In this document: in pieces, positions 60,053-64,000 of the stretch
How positions within the stretch are numbered: position 1 is the first letter of the stretch
Layout: every line of letters starts with the position of its first letter
Origin: Thermotogota bacterium
Lineage (GTDB): Bacteria; Bipolaricaulota; Bipolaricaulia; UBA7950; UBA9294
Direction: 5' to 3'
Length of the DNA stretch: 64,000 nt
NCBI GenBank assembly: GCA_039679545.1
Contig: JBDKUT010000163.1
Location: 1 to 64,000 of the forward strand
The notes under the pieces: generated by a model
Databases searched by the model: none
What the model was told of the DNA's origin: nothing
The model's input: only the letters and a program-made list of their open reading frames with translations
Made by a program: the position numbers and the translations under genes

Positions 60053-61901
60053 CGCTCGCACCCAGCAAATCTCCAGACCCCACATGCCGGGCCCCGGCCC
60101 CGGACCTCGCGGCCACGGAATGATGGCCGTCGAGCGCGCGAAGAACGTGCGTGGAACCCTGAGCAGGCTGGTGCGGTACGCCGCGCCCTACCGAGCGGCT
60201 CTCGTCGTCGTCATCGTCCTCGCCGCGGTGAGCACCGGCATGGGACTCGCCGGCCCGTACCTCTTGGGGAAAGGCGTCGACGCCATCATCAAGATCGCCA
60301 TGGGCCAAGCCGGGATCGACGTCCTGTTCCGGATCATCCTCACCATGATCGGCGTCTACGTCGTGTCGTGGGTCGCGAGCGCCGCCCAAGGGTGGATCGT
60401 CGCAGGCGTGGCGCAGAAGATGATGCGCGCGCTCCGCGCGGAGCTGTTCGACCACATGCAGACCCTGTCGCTCCGCTTCTTCGACTCACGGACGTCGGGC
60501 GAGTTGATGAGCCGCCTTACGAACGACATGGATGCCGTGAGTCGAGTCCTGTCGCAGAACGTCACACAGCTCTTCTCTGGAATCCTGACCCTGGTCGGAG
60601 TGCTCGTCATCATGTTCGTCCTGAACCCGCTCCTCGCGCTCGGAACCCTCGTGGCGTTCCCGTTGATGGTGGGACTCGTCGGACTGGTCGGGTCGAAGAC
60701 CCGCAAGGCGTTCCGCGGCTACCAGGCGAACCTGGGGGCGCTGAACGGCATCCTCGAGGAGGCGTACAGCGGCCAACGGGTCGTCATGGCCTACGGGCAG
60801 CAGGACGCGGTGCTCCAGAAGTTCGACACAGCCAACGAGGCCGTGCGCAAGGTGGGAACCCACGCGATGACGTACTCCCTCCTCGTCATGCCGCTGATGG
60901 GCATTCTCTCCAACGCCAACATCGCGATCGTCGCCGGACTCGGAGGGTGGATGACGATCGTCGGCATGGCCACCATCGGCACGATTGCGTCGTTCATCGG
61001 GTACTCGAACCGATTTGCCGAGCCGCTTCGCATGCTCGGCGATCTCTACAACCAAGTTCAGGCGGCCGTGGCCGGCGCGGAGCGCATCTTCGGCATCATC
61101 GACACCGCTCCCGACCAAACCGATCCCGAGAACGCGACGGAATTGGGGCGCATCGAGGGCGATGTGCTCTTCGACCACGTGACGTTCTCGTACGTCCCGG
61201 GCGTGCCCGTCCTGAAGGATGTCTCCCTGCACGCGCGACCCGGAGAGCGGATTGCCCTCGTCGGCCCCACCGGTGCCGGCAAGACGACGATGGTGAACCT
61301 TCTGTCGCGGTTCTACGACTTGGACTCCGGCTCCATCAAGATCGACGGAATCGACGTGCGCCAGGCGTCGCGCGCCAGCCTGCGCCGCAACCTCGGAATC
61401 GTCCTGCAGCAGTCGTTCCTGTTTGCGGAGAGCGTGATGGAGAACATCCGCTACGGGCGGCCGGATGCGACGGACGAGGAAGTCATCGCCGCCGCCACCC
61501 TCGCGCGGGCCGACGGGTTCATCCACCGACTGCCCAAGGGCTACTCGACGATCCTGTCGGAGCGGGGCGCGAACCTCTCCGAGGGGCAGCGTCAGCTGAT
61601 TGCGATCGCGCGGGCGATTCTCGCGGATCCGCGCATTCTCATTCTGGACGAGGCGACGTCAAGTGTGGACACGCGCACCGAAGTACGCATCCAGGAAGCG
61701 CTGCTCGCGCTGATGAAGGGGCGGACGAGTTTCGTGATTGCTCACCGCCTCTCGACGATCCGCGGCGCCGACCAAGTGATCATGATCGACCAAGGAGAGC
61801 TCGTGGAGCGTGGATCACACGAGGAGCTCATGCAGGCTCAAGGCGCCTACTACCGCCTCTACATGAGCCAGTTCCGCGGCCAAGCCGCGGCCTCCGCATG
61901 A
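60045..61901 (+). CDS. ABC multidrug exporter subunit 2 (TMD plus NBD)
   Basis: GPTGAGKTT, LSEGQRQL and ILDEATSSVD. TM287/TM288-type heterodimer pair. Confidence 0.93.
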   Translation: MADARTQQISRPHMPGPGPGPRGHGMMAVERAKNVRGTLSRLVRYAAPYRAALVVVIVLAAVSTGMGLAGPYLLGKGVDAIIKIAMGQAGIDVLFRIILTMIGVYVVSWVASAAQGWIVAGVAQKMMRALRAELFDHMQTLSLRFFDSRTSGELMSRLTNDMDAVSRVLSQNVTQLFSGILTLVGVLVIMFVLNPLLALGTLVAFPLMVGLVGLVGSKTRKAFRGYQANLGALNGILEEAYSGQRVVMAYGQQDAVLQKFDTANEAVRKVGTHAMTYSLLVMPLMGILSNANIAIVAGLGGWMTIVGMATIGTIASFIGYSNRFAEPLRMLGDLYNQVQAAVAGAERIFGIIDTAPDQTDPENATELGRIEGDVLFDHVTFSYVPGVPVLKDVSLHARPGERIALVGPTGAGKTTMVNLLSRFYDLDSGSIKIDGIDVRQASRASLRRNLGIVLQQSFLFAESVMENIRYGRPDATDEEVIAAATLARADGFIHRLPKGYSTILSERGANLSEGQRQLIAIARAILADPRILILDEATSSVDTRTEVRIQEALLALMKGRTSFVIAHRLSTIRGADQVIMIDQGELVERGSHEELMQAQGAYYRLYMSQFRGQAAASA

Positions 61902-61981
61902 AGGGCACCGAGGGGCTTCACAAATTGCACAAGGGACTTACGTAGCATCGGTTCTGGAAGTCAGGAAACGAGAGGAGTGAC

Positions 61982-62572
61982 ATGAAAAGGATAGCAGGCT
62001 TGCTTTGCGTAGCGGTGGTTCTTGCGGTGGCGGGCACGGCGCTCGCCCAGACCGACCTCAGCGTGTTCCCGAGCGGAACAACGAAGATGGTCTACAAGAT
62101 GCGAACGGAGGACATGACCCAGCCGATGCCGCTCGAGCTCAGCGTAACCGTGCACGGAGACGGCACGTATACCGTCCGGATGGTGACGGAGGGGACCGGC
62201 ACGGAAGACGAGCTTGGGTCGTTCGGATTCATCGGCGGCATGACCTCCGTCAGCGCCAGCGGTCACGACGTGAGCTACACGTCGCTCCAGGCGCTCATGG
62301 ACCAGCGCAACCGCCTTCAGGAGGGTCAGGAGTATCTCCTCCCCGGCGGCGGCGCGTTCACCAACATCGTGGGCGCGACCATCGCCGGAGTGTGGTGCCT
62401 GCAGGGGACCCTCGTCGATCCGGATAACGCAGACGTGCGGACGACGGTGGCATTCGCCCTGTCCAAACCGGTCTACATCTCGCCCCTCATTCGCGTCGAG
62501 GAGCTGCGCAACGGTCAATGGGTTGAAGTCTTCTCGCTTGAGCTCGTTGAGTACACGGTGACCGGGAGCTAG
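61982..62572 (+). CDS. Secreted hypothetical protein
   Basis: Signal peptide ending TALA-Q, GAGGAG RBS. First gene of the ABC operon. Confidence 0.8.
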   Translation: MKRIAGLLCVAVVLAVAGTALAQTDLSVFPSGTTKMVYKMRTEDMTQPMPLELSVTVHGDGTYTVRMVTEGTGTEDELGSFGFIGGMTSVSASGHDVSYTSLQALMDQRNRLQEGQEYLLPGGGAFTNIVGATIAGVWCLQGTLVDPDNADVRTTVAFALSKPVYISPLIRVEELRNGQWVEVFSLELVEYTVTGS

Positions 62573-62574
62573 GC

Positions 62575-63261
62575 ATGGCACTGCTCGATCTTCAGGGTGT
62601 CACCAAGGACTACCCGCTTGGCAGCACGATCGTGAACGCGCTCCGCGGCCTCAACCTCTCCATCGAGAAGGGAGAGATCGTGGCGATCATGGGCCCGTCG
62701 GGATCGGGAAAATCCACGCTGATGCACATCCTCGGCGCGCTCGATGCCCCGACCGACGGGGAGGCACGGCTGGAGGGACAGGACCTCCGCAGCCTCTCCG
62801 AGAACGAGCTGGTGACGCTTCGGGGGAGGAAGGTCGGCTTCGTCTTCCAGACGTTCAACCTGATCCAAACTCTGACGGCGCAGCAGAACGTCGAGCTCCC
62901 GATGACGTTCCTCGGCGCGCGGCGAAGCGCTCGCGCGGAGCGAGCGCGGGCGCTGCTCGCCAAGGTCGGGCTCGCCGAGCGCGTGGGACATCGGCCGAAC
63001 GAGCTCTCGGGGGGCGAGCGCCAACGAGTCGCCATCGCCCGCGCGCTGGCCAACGACCCGGAAATCCTCCTCGCCGACGAGCCCACGGGGAACCTCGACT
63101 CGGAGACCGGTGCAACGATCCTACAACTCCTGAAGCAGCTATGCGAGGACGAGGGGAAGACGATGATCCTCATCACCCACGACCCCGACGCCGCCGCGAT
63201 CGCGGACCGCATCGTCCGGCTGCGCGACGGTCGCGTCGTCGAGGAGGCGCGCCATGTTTAG
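62575..63261 (+). CDS. ABC ATP-binding protein, LolD/MacB-like
   Basis: GPSGSGKST, GFVFQTFNL, LSGGERQR and ADEPTGNLD. Confidence 0.93.
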   Translation: MALLDLQGVTKDYPLGSTIVNALRGLNLSIEKGEIVAIMGPSGSGKSTLMHILGALDAPTDGEARLEGQDLRSLSENELVTLRGRKVGFVFQTFNLIQTLTAQQNVELPMTFLGARRSARAERARALLAKVGLAERVGHRPNELSGGERQRVAIARALANDPEILLADEPTGNLDSETGATILQLLKQLCEDEGKTMILITHDPDAAAIADRIVRLRDGRVVEEARHV

Positions 63262-64000
63262 GGATTTTCTCCTGCTCGCCGTGCAGAGCATCACGCATCG
63301 GAAGCTGCGAAGCGCCCTCTCCGTGGTTGGCGTCTTCATCGGCATCATGGCGGTCGTAGCCTTGCTCACCTTTAGTCTCGGCGTTGAAAAAGCGATCAAC
63401 GATCAGGTCTCGAAGGTGTTTGGTGTTGACACCTTTATGTTGATCCATGAGGATCTCATGACGTCCAGGAATCACTCTAGCGACCTGAAGGGGTTCGCGC
63501 TCGATATCGAGGAGTTGCGGCGCGTAGACGGAGTGAAGACCGTCGCCGCCATCCGACAACGGACCGGGTTCCTCCAAGGGCCGCCCGGCGAGAGCGGCCA
63601 GAGCCAGCAGGGATTCCTGCCTGTGATGGGATTGACGCCTGAGATGTCGACGGAGTTCAAGTCCTTCCTCGGAGATATCGTCATCGAAGAAGGCGGCCGA
63701 GGGATTGAGCCAGGCGACACTCACACCGCGTTGCTCGGGAAGGAGATTGCGGAGCGCCTGAAGGCGAAGGTCGGCGACCAGATCATCATTGCGGGCGACA
63801 AGAGCGCAGAGATCACGGTCACAGTGGTCGGGGTTCTGACCGAGCAGAAGGAAGAGCAAGGGAGCGGATTCGGGTTTAGCACTGGTCCGAGTCTCGATAC
63901 GGTCTACGTCCCCTACGACTCCATGGACATGCTGTGGCCCGAGTCGAACGACGTTGTCTTCACGCTCGTTCGCACCGAACCGGAGCGGGATGTCGACGAG
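63254..64000 (+). CDS. ABC permease, MacB/FtsX-like, N-terminal part (runs off window edge)
   Basis: Hand translation gives MFRDFLLLAVQSITHRKLRSALSVVGVFIGIMAVVALL. Overlaps the ATPase stop codon. Not in the ORF track. Confidence 0.85.
   Translation, partial: MFRDFLLLAVQSITHRKLRSALSVVGVFIGIMAVVALLTFSLGVEKAINDQVSKVFGVDTFMLIHEDLMTSRNHSSDLKGFALDIEELRRVDGVKTVAAIRQRTGFLQGPPGESGQSQQGFLPVMGLTPEMSTEFKSFLGDIVIEEGGRGIEPGDTHTALLGKEIAERLKAKVGDQIIIAGDKSAEITVTVVGVLTEQKEEQGSGFGFSTGPSLDTVYVPYDSMDMLWPESNDVVFTLVRTEPERDVDE

Noticed and set aside
1..64000. CRISPR arrays, tRNA, rRNA and prophage genes
   Set aside because: No repeat-spacer periodicity, cloverleaf or phage hallmark genes were found by eye. A covariance-model scan was not possible.

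Overview
High-GC bacterial chromosomal window. Gene content and style suggest an anaerobe such as Candidatus Bipolaricaulota, but this is inference only. Most of it is ordinary metabolic, transport and signalling genes: partial pyrB, a cyclic amidohydrolase, two NUDIX, a multi-PAS histidine kinase with a REC-PAS-GAF-HD-GYP partner, MocR and ilvE, DUF885, WD40, DJ-1, two ABC-F ATPases, MATE, a cyclase-TPR protein, bfr, GNATs, an Fpg/Nei-like gene, UvrD and ABC exporters. Four structures stand out. (1) A complete 2255-bp IS1595-family element (9385-11639) has 23-bp terminal inverted repeats and an 8-bp target duplication AGTTTAAC. It carries three uncharacterised passenger genes, including a back-to-back divergent pair that looks like an effector and a helical immunity-like protein. 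(2) An apparent ribosome-dependent attenuator precedes an ABC-F gene (33018-33222): promoter, 3-codon uORF M-T-E, four overlapping stem segments, a U-rich tract and an RBS-sequestering hairpin. (3) A LacI-SBP-permease-permease-aminotransferase-ribokinase-Cys-rich unit is tandemly duplicated. In the upstream copy (about 39010-44985) the non-transporter genes are hollowed out to their 5' and 3' ends, the transporter genes are intact, and a PHP hydrolase has been added. (4) A ferredoxin/aldehyde:ferredoxin oxidoreductase pseudogene is fused at a shared GAVF microhomology. No rRNA, tRNA or CRISPR array was seen. Most start codons were re-picked by eye from RBS and homology, and differ from the ORF track.
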